From assembly GCA_965215145.1 (NCBI GenBank), contig OZ244038.1, positions 3,132,579-3,196,578 of the forward strand: 64,000 nt of DNA, given 5' to 3'. The first letter of the stretch is position 1. The number at the start of each line of letters is the position of its first letter. Shown here one piece after another: positions 54,129 to 62,468 of this stretch. This stretch comes from Rhodothermales bacterium (GTDB lineage Bacteria; Bacteroidota; Rhodothermia; Rhodothermales; JANQRZ01). The notes under the pieces are model-generated. The model worked only from the letters and a program-made list of their open reading frames with translations. It was not told the DNA's origin and did no database searches. Both the position numbers and the translations under genes were made by a program.

Positions 54129-55682
54129 CTACGCCGGCTCCGCCCCGGCCTCCGCGTCGAGCACGCGGACGACCTCGTCGTAGAGCGCCCGCGCCTGCGG
54201 CGGCGAGGCCCCGATGCAGAGGGCGCCGAGCTTGCCGAACTCCGAGAGCGCGCCGATGAGGTGGAACACGACGCCCTCGTGGGTCCCCCCGTGGTAGTGC
54301 AGCCGGTGCTCCACGGCGATGTCCACGAGGTCGCGCGGGGTGAGGCCGCGGTAGCGCGGGCTCGTGAGGTTGTCCGAGGCGAGGTAGTGGAGGGGCTGCC
54401 CGCTCGGCGTGCGGTAGAGCCCGCTGGCCTCGTCGTAGTCCCCGTCGGTCAGGAAGTCGAGCATGTCGAAGGGGTGGGTCGTGCCGCCCTTGCGGAGGTT
54501 GACCTCGATGGCGTAGTGCCGCCACCCGGCGCCCTCGCGGACCGAGACGAAGTCGACGCCGAACCGGCCGAGCACGCCCTGCCCGGCGAGGACGTCGGCC
54601 ACGCGCCGTCCGGCGTCCTGAATCTCCCGGCGGTAGACGTGGTCGGCGGGGAAGGTGCAGCCGAGGAAGACCTGCCCGCTCGGGCCGCCGAGGACCTGGT
54701 CGTGCGTCGAGATCACGGCGGGCCGGCCGGCGGGGTCCACCCGGCATTGTACCGAAGGCGACGTCTTCATCTCCCCGTCCACCCACGCCTCCACGATCCC
54801 GCCCATCTCGGCGAACGTCGCGGCGTAATGCTCCCACGTCTCCGTCTTCGCCTCGAACCGGAGCCGCTCGGGGAGCGCGTCCCGCACCCACGCCGTCATC
54901 CCGTCCCCGCCGGGCGCACCCTCGAACGAGAACACCGCGTTGCCCTCCCCGCTGAACCCCTCGTCGAGCTTGACGACGGCCTTGCGGAGCGCGGGGTGGC
55001 GGCGGCGGAGGTCGGCGAGGGCCTCGGCCACGTCGTCCATGTCGCGGAGGTCCTCGGCGCCGTCGGGCAGCTCGATGCCGGCCTCGCGGAAGGCCCACCG
55101 GCTCCCGCTCTTCGTGCCGAGGCGGCGGAGCGCGGGGTCGCAGGCGTAGAGGGGGATGCCGAGGCGGACGGCCAGCGTCCGCTCCAGCTCCGTCGCGTTG
55201 AAGCACGTGAGGTGGGCCGCCCCGGCGTCGGCGACGTGGTCGCGGATGCGGCGGACGAGGCGGGGGCGCTCCAGCACCTTCTGGGTCAGCGGGACCTCCG
55301 AGGCGTCGTGGCAGGCCAGCAGCACGAGGCGCTCGCGGGCGTGGACGCTCGGGATGCCGGGGAGGAGGTGGAGGTAGTAGTCGACGATGCCCGGCGCGAC
55401 GGGCTGGCTCGTCACGAACACGAGCCGCGTGTGCGGCATCCGGAGCAGCATCAGCGTGAACAGCATCCGCTCCTCGTAGTGGTGGACGCCGCTGATCTTG
55501 CGGAGCTCGTCGGCCGGCATCGAGAGGCTCGGCACGACGACGACGGTGCGGGGGGCGAGGGGGTCGGGGAAGACCCGCTCGAACTGCTGGCGGAACCCAG
55601 CCTGGAGCTCGGCGAACCGCGCGAGCTCCTCCGCCGAGCCCGGCTCGGGCCACGCCTCGATGGGAGGGGCGAGCGCGCTCAT
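54129..55682 (-). CDS. ATP-grasp protein of the PGM1-like (peptide/carboxylate-amine ligase) type
   Basis: The last 517 codons of track ORF 54129..56774. VVVVPSLSMPADEL, HHYEERMLFTLMLLRMPHTRLVFVTSQPV..IVDYYLHLLPG, KLDEGFSGEGN, RFGVDFV and IEVNLRKGGTTHP match what I remember of PGM1-related ATP-grasp proteins. The ATG at 55682 overlaps the upstream stop (ATGA). Confidence 0.65.
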   Translation of the reverse strand: MSALAPPIEAWPEPGSAEELARFAELQAGFRQQFERVFPDPLAPRTVVVVPSLSMPADELRKISGVHHYEERMLFTLMLLRMPHTRLVFVTSQPVAPGIVDYYLHLLPGIPSVHARERLVLLACHDASEVPLTQKVLERPRLVRRIRDHVADAGAAHLTCFNATELERTLAVRLGIPLYACDPALRRLGTKSGSRWAFREAGIELPDGAEDLRDMDDVAEALADLRRRHPALRKAVVKLDEGFSGEGNAVFSFEGAPGGDGMTAWVRDALPERLRFEAKTETWEHYAATFAEMGGIVEAWVDGEMKTSPSVQCRVDPAGRPAVISTHDQVLGGPSGQVFLGCTFPADHVYRREIQDAGRRVADVLAGQGVLGRFGVDFVSVREGAGWRHYAIEVNLRKGGTTHPFDMLDFLTDGDYDEASGLYRTPSGQPLHYLASDNLTSPRYRGLTPRDLVDIAVEHRLHYHGGTHEGVVFHLIGALSEFGKLGALCIGASPPQARALYDEVVRVLDAEAGAEPA

Positions 55683-56608
55683 GTCGCCCGCTGGGACACG
55701 ACCTCGCCGCCGGCACCCTCGACGCGGATCGAGAGGACGGGGCACGAGGCGAGCCGGAGTGTCCGCTCGGTCACGCTCCCGAGGAGGGCGTGCTTCAGCC
55801 CCGTCAGCCCGTGCGTCGCCATCACGACGAGGCCGTAGCCGCCCTCGGCCAGCCGGGCGATCTCCCGGTGCGCCGCCCCGCTGAGGACGTGGAACGCCGC
55901 CGCCGGCCCGCCCCCCGCCTCGGTGTCGAAGGCGCGGAGGTACTCCTCGGTCGTCTGCGCGAGGGCCGTCAGGTGCTCGCCCTGGATCATCCCCGTCTCG
56001 AAGTAGAACGAGGGGTACGGCTCCGTGCTCGCCAGCACGTGGACGACCTCGACGGGCGCCTCGAACAGCGCGGCGATCTCCTTCGCCACGCCGAGCGCCT
56101 CGCGGCTCGGGTCCGAGAAGTCCACCGGCGCGAGGACCGGGGCCGTCGGGCTCGGGGCCGTCCGCCGCGCCGCGTTTGGGACGGTCAGCACGGGGCACGC
56201 CGCCTGCCGGAGGACCTCCTCGGCCACGCTCCCTACGATGAGGTGGCGGACGCCGCGGCGCCCGTGCGTCCCGAGCACGAGGAGCCCCGCGCCGACCTCC
56301 TCGGCGTAGCGGAGGATGGCGTCGGCGGCGTACTCCCCCCGCCGCGCCGCCACCTCCGGCCCGAGCACGTCGAGGGCGTCGGCCCCGCCGAAGACGCGCT
56401 CGGCGAACTCCCGGACGCGGCCCTTCAGGATGGCGTCCGGCTCGTCGGGCTGCGGGAGGCTCCCGAGCTCGGTCCGGAACAGCGGCGAGGCGTGCAGCAG
56501 GTGGAGCCGGGTGCGGAGCCGCTCGGCGAGGTCGGCGGCGCGGACGAGCGCGGCCTCGGAGCCCTCCGAGAAGTCGAGGGCGCAGACGACGGGGCGGACG
56601 TTGGACAT
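55679..56608 (-). CDS. Universal stress protein, tandem UspA domains
   Basis: VVCALDFSEGSEAAL...LHLLHA...LLVLGTHGRRGV...GSVAEEVLR, and a second half VLAPVDFS...LVVMATHGLTGL...GSVTERTLR. Confidence 0.85.
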   Translation of the reverse strand: MSNVRPVVCALDFSEGSEAALVRAADLAERLRTRLHLLHASPLFRTELGSLPQPDEPDAILKGRVREFAERVFGGADALDVLGPEVAARRGEYAADAILRYAEEVGAGLLVLGTHGRRGVRHLIVGSVAEEVLRQAACPVLTVPNAARRTAPSPTAPVLAPVDFSDPSREALGVAKEIAALFEAPVEVVHVLASTEPYPSFYFETGMIQGEHLTALAQTTEEYLRAFDTEAGGGPAAAFHVLSGAAHREIARLAEGGYGLVVMATHGLTGLKHALLGSVTERTLRLASCPVLSIRVEGAGGEVVSQRAT

Positions 56609-56637
56609 GGGCGGGGTGAGCGGGCGGGGATGAAGGG

Positions 56638-56774
56638 TTGCTCTGTTGCAAAGCTCGAATCACGTCATCTCGACCGAGCGCAGCGAGTGGAGAGATCTTT
56701 GGTGCAGCGTGGTAAGCGCCTGCAGAGATCCCTCGACTGCGCTCGGGATGACAGATAGGTTTGCAACAGAACAA
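56638..56774. repeat. ~137-bp nested palindromic intergenic element (MITE/REP-like)
   Basis: Outer inverted repeat TTGCTCTGTTGCAAA (56638-56652) / TTTGCAACAGAACAA (56760-56774), 14 of 15 bases complementary. The inner arms are GTCATCTCGACCGAGCGCAGCGAGTGGAGAGATCT and AGAGATCCCTCGACTGCGCTCGGGATGAC. It lies between the usp start (56608) and the ccoG stop (56784). Confidence 0.55.
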
Positions 56775-56783
56775 GAGGAAGAG

Positions 56784-58232
56784 TCAGCGGCTCGGGCCGA
56801 GCAACGGGAACGCGAGCGTCTCCGCCTGCCCGTCCTCGAAGACGACGCGGACGGTGGCCTCCTGCTGGGCCGCCCCTTCGAACGACGCGGCCGGCACGAC
56901 GACGAAGGCCTCGACCCGCTCCAGCGCCCCCGCCGCCAGCGCCACCGGCTGCCGCGCCCCGACCCGGAGCGTCGCCCCCGCCGGCTCGACGACCTCGATG
57001 CGGAACGCCGTCGCGGAGGCGGTCTGGTTCTGGACCCGGACGCGGACGCGGTTGGCGACCTGCCCGTCGGGCAGCTCCGTGAACGGCGCCCCCGTCGCCC
57101 GGACGAGCTCGACGTCGTAGGCCCCCCGCGTCGTGAGCGCCACGGTGAACATCGTCGCGACGGCCAGCAGGAGGGCGGTGTAGACGAGCGTCCGCGGCCG
57201 GGCGACCCGCGTGGGCTGGCCTTCGAGGGCGTGCTCGCTCGTGTACCGGATGAGCCCGCGCGGCTGCCCCGTCGCGTCCATGATCGCGTCGCAGGCGTCG
57301 ATGCATTGGGTGCAGGCGATGCACTCCATCTGGAGCCCGTCGCGGATGTCGATCCCCGTGGGGCAGGTGCGGACGCAGGCGAAGCAGTCGATGCAGTCGC
57401 CCTTCGGGGGCCGGAGGCCGGCCTGCTCCTCGGCGATTTTTTTCTTGGACCGCTTCGCGCGGGGCTCGCCGCGGTTGGGGTCGTAGGAGACGATCATCGA
57501 GTCCTCGTCGAGGAGGACGCTCTGGAAGCGGGCGTAGGGGCAGGTGATCGTGCACATCTGCTCGCGGAAGACGCCGAAGTCGAACAGCACGAGCCCGCTC
57601 GTGACCGCCATGAGCACGAAGAACCCCCAGTGCTCGGCCGGCGGCCCGGTCATCCAACGCAGGAGGTCCTCCCACCCCACGAAGTAGCTGACGAACACGT
57701 GCGCGAGCGCGACGGAGAGGAGGACGTAGACGCCCCACTTCGCCCCCTTCCGCCACGCCTTGTCGAGCGTCCACGGCCCGGCGTCGCGACGGGCGCGGAC
57801 GTGCTCCTTCCCCTCGATCCAACGCTCGATGGGGCGGTAGACGAACTCGAGGTAGACCGTCTGCGGGCAGCCCCACCCGCACCACACCCGCCCCAGCAGC
57901 GCCGTCAAGAGCGCGATGCTCACCAGCGCGGCGATCCCGAAGAGGAGCAGGAGGAAGGTGTCGGTCGGGTAGAACGTGAACCCGAAGAGGGTGAACTCCC
58001 GGCGGACCACGTCGAGCAGCACGGCGGGCTTCCCCCCGATGCGGACGATGGGGAGCGCGACGAACAGCGCGATCAGCGCCCACCCGAGCGCCTGCCGCCG
58101 GCGCCAGAACCGGCCCGTGCTGGGGGTCGGGTAGAGCCACCGCCGCCGCCCGTCGCTGCGGAGCGTGCTGAGGACCTCCTCGGGGGACTCGAGGACGGCG
58201 ACGGTGTCGGCGGGGACGAAGTTCGAGGCCAA
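56784..58232 (-). CDS. ccoG: cbb3 oxidase accessory protein CcoG/FixG (polyferredoxin membrane protein)
   Basis: RVWCGWGCPQTVYLE, CTITCPYARFQSVLLD, CIDCFACVRTCPTGIDIR and CIACTQCIDACD, followed by a C-terminal Ig-like FixG domain. TTG start at 58232. Confidence 0.9.
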   Translation of the reverse strand: MASNFVPADTVAVLESPEEVLSTLRSDGRRRWLYPTPSTGRFWRRRQALGWALIALFVALPIVRIGGKPAVLLDVVRREFTLFGFTFYPTDTFLLLLFGIAALVSIALLTALLGRVWCGWGCPQTVYLEFVYRPIERWIEGKEHVRARRDAGPWTLDKAWRKGAKWGVYVLLSVALAHVFVSYFVGWEDLLRWMTGPPAEHWGFFVLMAVTSGLVLFDFGVFREQMCTITCPYARFQSVLLDEDSMIVSYDPNRGEPRAKRSKKKIAEEQAGLRPPKGDCIDCFACVRTCPTGIDIRDGLQMECIACTQCIDACDAIMDATGQPRGLIRYTSEHALEGQPTRVARPRTLVYTALLLAVATMFTVALTTRGAYDVELVRATGAPFTELPDGQVANRVRVRVQNQTASATAFRIEVVEPAGATLRVGARQPVALAAGALERVEAFVVVPAASFEGAAQQEATVRVVFEDGQAETLAFPLLGPSR

Positions 58233-58440
58233 GGGCGGGCGGGGTGGCGGGCGTCCTCCATGAAACGCTGCCCCCGGCCCCAGCAGCGACGGCCCCTCAC
58301 CCCCGCCCCCGCCGGACGCTCCCGCCCCCCGCTGCCGGGGCAGCCCCTACAGCGCTCAACTCTTGCTCGGGGCCTTGACGCTCCGCTCGGGGGGGACCCC
58401 CCGTACGGCTTGCGTCGCTCCGCTCCGGCTGCGCCAGACT

Positions 58441-58467
58441 GCTGTCCCCCTTGTCAAGGGGGACAGC
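58441..58467. terminator. 12-bp-stem hairpin downstream of ccoP
   Basis: GCTGTCCCCCTT-GTC-AAGGGGGACAGC lies about 60 nt downstream (on the minus strand) of the ccoP stop at 58528, in the 295-bp ccoP-ccoG spacer. It could be an attenuator/terminator or a REP-type element. Confidence 0.4.
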
Positions 58468-58527
58468 TTCCCGACCTGGAAGCGGAGCGACCGGGAGGGA
58501 AGCGGGGGGCTGGTGAGGCGGTCGGCG

Positions 58528-59193
58528 CTAGAAGCTCTCCACGAGCTCGCCCTCCGGCGCCTTCGGGTTCGGCGGGTCGGTGCCCTGGAGCGAGACGACG
58601 AACGCCATCAGCGCGGCGCGCTCCTCCTCCGAGAACTGCCCCTCCCACGCCGGCATCCCCTTGGCCGGCACGCCGACGGCGAGGATCTCGTAGATGTCGG
58701 CGGGGGTGCCGCCGTGGACCCAGTAGTCGTCGGCGAGGTTGGGGCCGATGAGGCCCTGGCCCTGGTCGCCGTGGCAGGCGGCGCAGACGGCCTGGTAGTC
58801 GGCCGCGCCGGCCTCGGCGTGGGCGGGGTCGGCGGCGTAGGCGGCCAGCGCGCGGGGGTCGTCGTCGAAGACGCCGCTGGCGCGGTACGCCTCGCGGATG
58901 GCCGCGAGCTCGGCCTGCCCCTCGGCGAGGTCGTCGCCGTAGTCGTCGATCCAGTCGAAGGCGTGGACGCCGAGGACGTAGACCGGCGCGAAGGCCATGG
59001 TGGCGACGAAGAGCCACGTCCACCACCCCGGCATGGGGTTGTCGTACTCCCGGATGCCGTCGTACTTGTGGCCGAGGATGTTCCGGTCGCTGGCCTCGCC
59101 GACGAGGGGCTCGGGCAGCGTGGGCTCGGCGGGGTCGCGGAGCGGGGAGTCCGGGTCGGGTACGCTCTGGTGGGGAAACTGGGGGTCGCTCAT
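58528..59193 (-). CDS. ccoP: cbb3-type cytochrome c oxidase subunit CcoP-like (single haem c motif)
   Basis: The last 221 codons of track ORF 58528..62142. HKYDGIREYDNPMPGWWTWLF is the CcoP N-terminal domain. There is one CAACH haem-binding motif, then MPAW. The ATG at 59193 overlaps the ccoQ stop (ATGA). Confidence 0.85.
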   Translation of the reverse strand: MSDPQFPHQSVPDPDSPLRDPAEPTLPEPLVGEASDRNILGHKYDGIREYDNPMPGWWTWLFVATMAFAPVYVLGVHAFDWIDDYGDDLAEGQAELAAIREAYRASGVFDDDPRALAAYAADPAHAEAGAADYQAVCAACHGDQGQGLIGPNLADDYWVHGGTPADIYEILAVGVPAKGMPAWEGQFSEEERAALMAFVVSLQGTDPPNPKAPEGELVESF

Positions 59194-59414
59194 GCGGGGG
59201 CTCCGTTGGGGTGGGCGCCGGTGCCGGCGCCGTTCGTGTGCTCTGGGAAGAACTCCGGCGCGTCGTCGAGGGGGAGGTGCTTGGCGGCGTCGCGCTTCTC
59301 CCGCGAGAGGGTCAGCGCGTAGAGCACCATCAGCACGAAGGCGACGACGAAGGCGATCAGCCCGACCTCGGCGAAGGCGCCGGTCTCGAGGGCGCGGACG
59401 GCTTCTTTCATCAT
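59190..59414 (-). CDS. ccoQ: CcoQ/FixQ-like small subunit
   Basis: 74 aa with a single TM (VGLIAFVVAFVLMVLYAL), located between ccoO and ccoP. Confidence 0.6.
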   Translation of the reverse strand: MMKEAVRALETGAFAEVGLIAFVVAFVLMVLYALTLSREKRDAAKHLPLDDAPEFFPEHTNGAGTGAHPNGAPA

Positions 59415-59423
59415 GGCGGTTCC

Positions 59424-60350
59424 CTATGGCTGGTTCGGGGCTTGCTGATCGGATTCCATGTCGTCGAGCGCGGGGTCGATCACGGCGGAGCCGGTGTCGG
59501 TCGGGACTACGTCGACGTCGCGGGGGTCCATGCCCGGCGGGAGGTCCTCGACCTCGATGTCGGTGCCGGGGAGGTCGCCGGGCTGCTCGCCCTGCATCGT
59601 CTCGATGACCTCCTCGCGCTCGTGCTCTTCGAGGTCGTTCTCCGCCGGGAGGTCGTCGCGGTTCGGCGTGGCGCCCATCGTGCCGAGGCGCTGGAGGTAG
59701 GCGACGAGCGCCGTGATCTCGCGGTCGGCGAGGCCGTCGGGGCCGCCCTGCTCCACGACTTCCGCGGCGAGGGCCTCGGCCTGGGCGCGCGCGAGGGCCT
59801 CGGCGTTCTCCACCTCCTCGTCTGAGTACGGGAGCCCGACGACGCGGACGGCGCGCATCTTGGCCGAGAGGTCGCCGAGCTCGAGCTCGTCCCTGAGCAG
59901 CCACGGGTAGTCCGGCATCAGCGAGCGGGGGCTCGTCGAGCGAGGGTTCTCCATGTGGCGGACGTGCCAGAGGTGGGGGTACTTCCCGCCGAGGCGCCCG
60001 AGGTCCGGGCCGGTCCGCTTCGAGCCCCAGAGGTGCGGCGTCTCGTAGGCCGTCTCGGCGGGGGTGGTGTAGGGGCCGTAGCGCTCGAGCTCGTGGCGGA
60101 AGGGCCGCACCATCTGGCTGTGGCAGTTGTTGCAGCCCTCGCGGATGTAGAGGTCGCGGCCGGCGAGCTCCAGCGGCGTCCACGGCTCGACGCCCGCCGG
60201 GGCCGCCATGCTGTCGTCCACCAGGAACAGCGGGGCGAACTCGACGACGGTCCCGACGAGGATGGCGAGCGTGGTGAGGACGGTGAAGACGAGGGGCCAC
60301 CCCTCGAGGCGCCGGTGCCGCCCGTTCGGCTTGATGAAGCGGTTGAACAT
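59424..60350 (-). CDS. ccoO: cbb3-type cytochrome c oxidase subunit II (CcoO) with an acidic C-terminal extension
   Basis: N-terminal TM, LYIREGCNNCHSQMVRPF (CxxCH), and GPDLGRLGGKYPHLWH. About 80 extra Asp/Glu/Pro-rich residues follow AYLQRLG. Confidence 0.9.
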   Translation of the reverse strand: MFNRFIKPNGRHRRLEGWPLVFTVLTTLAILVGTVVEFAPLFLVDDSMAAPAGVEPWTPLELAGRDLYIREGCNNCHSQMVRPFRHELERYGPYTTPAETAYETPHLWGSKRTGPDLGRLGGKYPHLWHVRHMENPRSTSPRSLMPDYPWLLRDELELGDLSAKMRAVRVVGLPYSDEEVENAEALARAQAEALAAEVVEQGGPDGLADREITALVAYLQRLGTMGATPNRDDLPAENDLEEHEREEVIETMQGEQPGDLPGTDIEVEDLPPGMDPRDVDVVPTDTGSAVIDPALDDMESDQQAPNQP

Positions 60351-60395
60351 GGGGGTCGGTGGTAGGGGGCACGGCCGTGCGCCCGTACGGTGGAT

Positions 60396-61904
60396 TTAGG
60401 AGACGGGGATCTCCTTGGCGGGCGTGGCCGCTACGGCGGGCACGGCGACGGCGGGGTCGGGGAGGTCCTTCGGCGCGCGGCGGACGGTCTGCCACACGTT
60501 CACCATCATCAGGACCACGCCGCCGAGGTACATCGTCCCGCCGATGAGCCGGACCCAGTACATCGGGCGGATCTGGATGACGGTCTCCATGAAGTCGGGG
60601 TAGAGGAGGCGGCCGGCGTCGTCGAAGGCCCGCCACATCAGCCCCTGCGTCACGCCCGAGGTGTACATCGCCAGCACGTAGAGGAGGATGCCGATGGTGC
60701 CCGTCCAGAAGTGGGCGTTCGCCAGGCGGTCGCTCCACAGCGGGCGCCGCCACAGCCGCGGCACGAGCCAGTAGATCATCCCGAACGTCATGAACCCGTT
60801 CCAGCCGAGGGCGCCGGAGTGGACGTGGGCGATGTTCCAGTCGGTGTAGTGGCTGAGCGCGTTGACCGTCTTGACCGAGAGCGTCGGGCCCTCGAAGGTC
60901 GCCATGCCGTAGAACGTGATCCCGACGACGAACATCTTGAGGACCACGGAGTCGCGGAGCTTGTGCCACGCGCCGCGGAGCGTGAACAGCCCGTTGATCA
61001 TCCCCCCCCACGACGGCATCCAGAGCATCACGGAGAACACCATCCCGAGCGTGGCGGCCCACTCCGGGACGGCGGTGTAGTTGAGGTGGTGCGGGCCGGC
61101 CCAGATGTAGATGAAGACGAGGCTCCAGAAGTGCACGATCGAGAGCCGGTACGAGAACACCGGGCGCTCGGCCGCCTTCGGGAGGAAGTAGTACATCAGC
61201 CCCAGGAACGGCGTCGTCAGGAAGAAGGCGACGGCGTTGTGGCCGTACCACCACTGCACGAGCGCGTCCTGCACCCCCCGGTAGATGGGGTACGAGTTCC
61301 AGAGCCCCGAGGGGATCGCCATCGAGTTGCCGATGTGGAGCACGGCCACCGTCACGATGGTGGCGATGTAGAACCACAGCGCGACGTACATGTGCTTCTC
61401 GCGCCGCCGCCAGAGCGTCCCGAAGAAATTGACCGCGAAGGCCACCCACACGACGGTGATGGCGACGTCGATGGGCCACTCGAGCTCCGCGTACTCCTTG
61501 CTCGTCGTGATGCCCAGCGGGAGCGTGATGGCGGCGGCGACGATGATGGCCTGCCAGCCCCAGAAGTGGAACCGGCTCAGCCCGTCGGAGAACATCCGCG
61601 CCTTGCACAGCCGCTGCGTGCTGTAGTAGATCGCCGCGAAGATGGCGTTGCCGGCGAAGGCGAAGATGACGGCGTTGGTGTGGAGCGGGCGGAGCCGGCC
61701 GAACGAGAGGTACGGGCCGAGGTTGGCCTCGGGGAACGGGAGCTGCAGCGCGATGACCACGCCGACGAGCATCCCGACGAACCCCCACAGGATGGTCGCG
61801 AGCGTGAAGTGCCGGACGATCCGGTCGTCGTAGCGGAAGACGTCGAGCGCGGGCCGCGGCGCTGCCTGGGCAGCGGCAACGGCAGCGACGGGGGGTTCGG
61901 CCAT
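60396..61904 (-). CDS. ccoN: cbb3-type cytochrome c oxidase subunit I (CcoN)
   Basis: 12-TM haem-copper oxidase pattern: [28 protein letters not shown], and [17 protein letters not shown]. Confidence 0.95.
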   Translation of the reverse strand: MAEPPVAAVAAAQAAPRPALDVFRYDDRIVRHFTLATILWGFVGMLVGVVIALQLPFPEANLGPYLSFGRLRPLHTNAVIFAFAGNAIFAAIYYSTQRLCKARMFSDGLSRFHFWGWQAIIVAAAITLPLGITTSKEYAELEWPIDVAITVVWVAFAVNFFGTLWRRREKHMYVALWFYIATIVTVAVLHIGNSMAIPSGLWNSYPIYRGVQDALVQWWYGHNAVAFFLTTPFLGLMYYFLPKAAERPVFSYRLSIVHFWSLVFIYIWAGPHHLNYTAVPEWAATLGMVFSVMLWMPSWGGMINGLFTLRGAWHKLRDSVVLKMFVVGITFYGMATFEGPTLSVKTVNALSHYTDWNIAHVHSGALGWNGFMTFGMIYWLVPRLWRRPLWSDRLANAHFWTGTIGILLYVLAMYTSGVTQGLMWRAFDDAGRLLYPDFMETVIQIRPMYWVRLIGGTMYLGGVVLMMVNVWQTVRRAPKDLPDPAVAVPAVAATPAKEIPVS

Positions 61905-62024
61905 CGGGCGGGGGGCGTGGGTGGGGTGATAGCAGCCAAGCTCCCCGCCCCCACGGTTCTGCGGTGACGGCCCGACCCCGCCGGCCCGGCCGGGCCGCTC
62001 CGCCCGCGGCTGTGGGGGCGTTCC

Positions 62025-62243
62025 CTACGCCGGGATCGCCGTGCTCGACCGGACGCCCGGCCGCCGCGCCATCTCGGCCGACGCGGCAGCCAGCGCCTCG
62101 GCGCTCTTGACCTCGATGAGCGCAACCGCCTCGCGGCGCCACAGCTCCAGCGTGGTGACGACCAGCGACGGCAAGCGCAGCGCGCTGATGGCGGAGCGGA
62201 GGTCAGCCTCGGACTCGAACTCGACGGCAAGGAAACCAGTCAT
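62025..62243 (-). CDS. Hypothetical small protein upstream of ccoN
   Basis: The ATG at 62243 within track ORF 62025..62315 gives MTGFLAVEFESEADLRSAISALRLPSLVVTTLELWRREAVALIEV... (72 aa). The composition is plausible, but no family is recognised. Confidence 0.35.
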   Translation of the reverse strand: MTGFLAVEFESEADLRSAISALRLPSLVVTTLELWRREAVALIEVKSAEALAAASAEMARRPGVRSSTAIPA

Positions 62244-62468
62244 GGCAAGGAGGGTCGTTGGGTCCGACTCCGAGCATCGGACCGTTCCCCGGCCGCCGCT
62301 AGCGGGACCACCCACGCCGCTGCGGCAGGGAATCCCCCACAGCCCTCCCGTTCAGTCTGCGCCCTCGCCCTCGACCCAGCGCACGGCGTGCTGCTGCATC
62401 ACTTATGAGTGACACGAAGGATGTCACCATGACGTGCTTATCGTAGCTCCCTACCATCCTGACTTGCC

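Noticed and set aside
58528-62142. 1204-aa ORF spanning the whole ccoNOQP region
   Set aside because: Only its last 221 codons (ccoP) are meaningful. Upstream it is an out-of-frame read-through across ccoQ, ccoO and ccoN, each of which has its own conserved frame.
61905-62468. Looked for an FNR/CRP-type TTGAT-N4-ATCAA box upstream of ccoN, and for a tRNA or att site at the GC-content boundary
   Set aside because: No TTGAT...ATCAA-like palindrome was seen by eye, and no tRNA-like T-arm (GGTTCGAATCC-like) sequence. Only a short 7-bp-stem hairpin (GGTCCGA...TCGGACC, about 62259-62281) was found, which is not distinctive.
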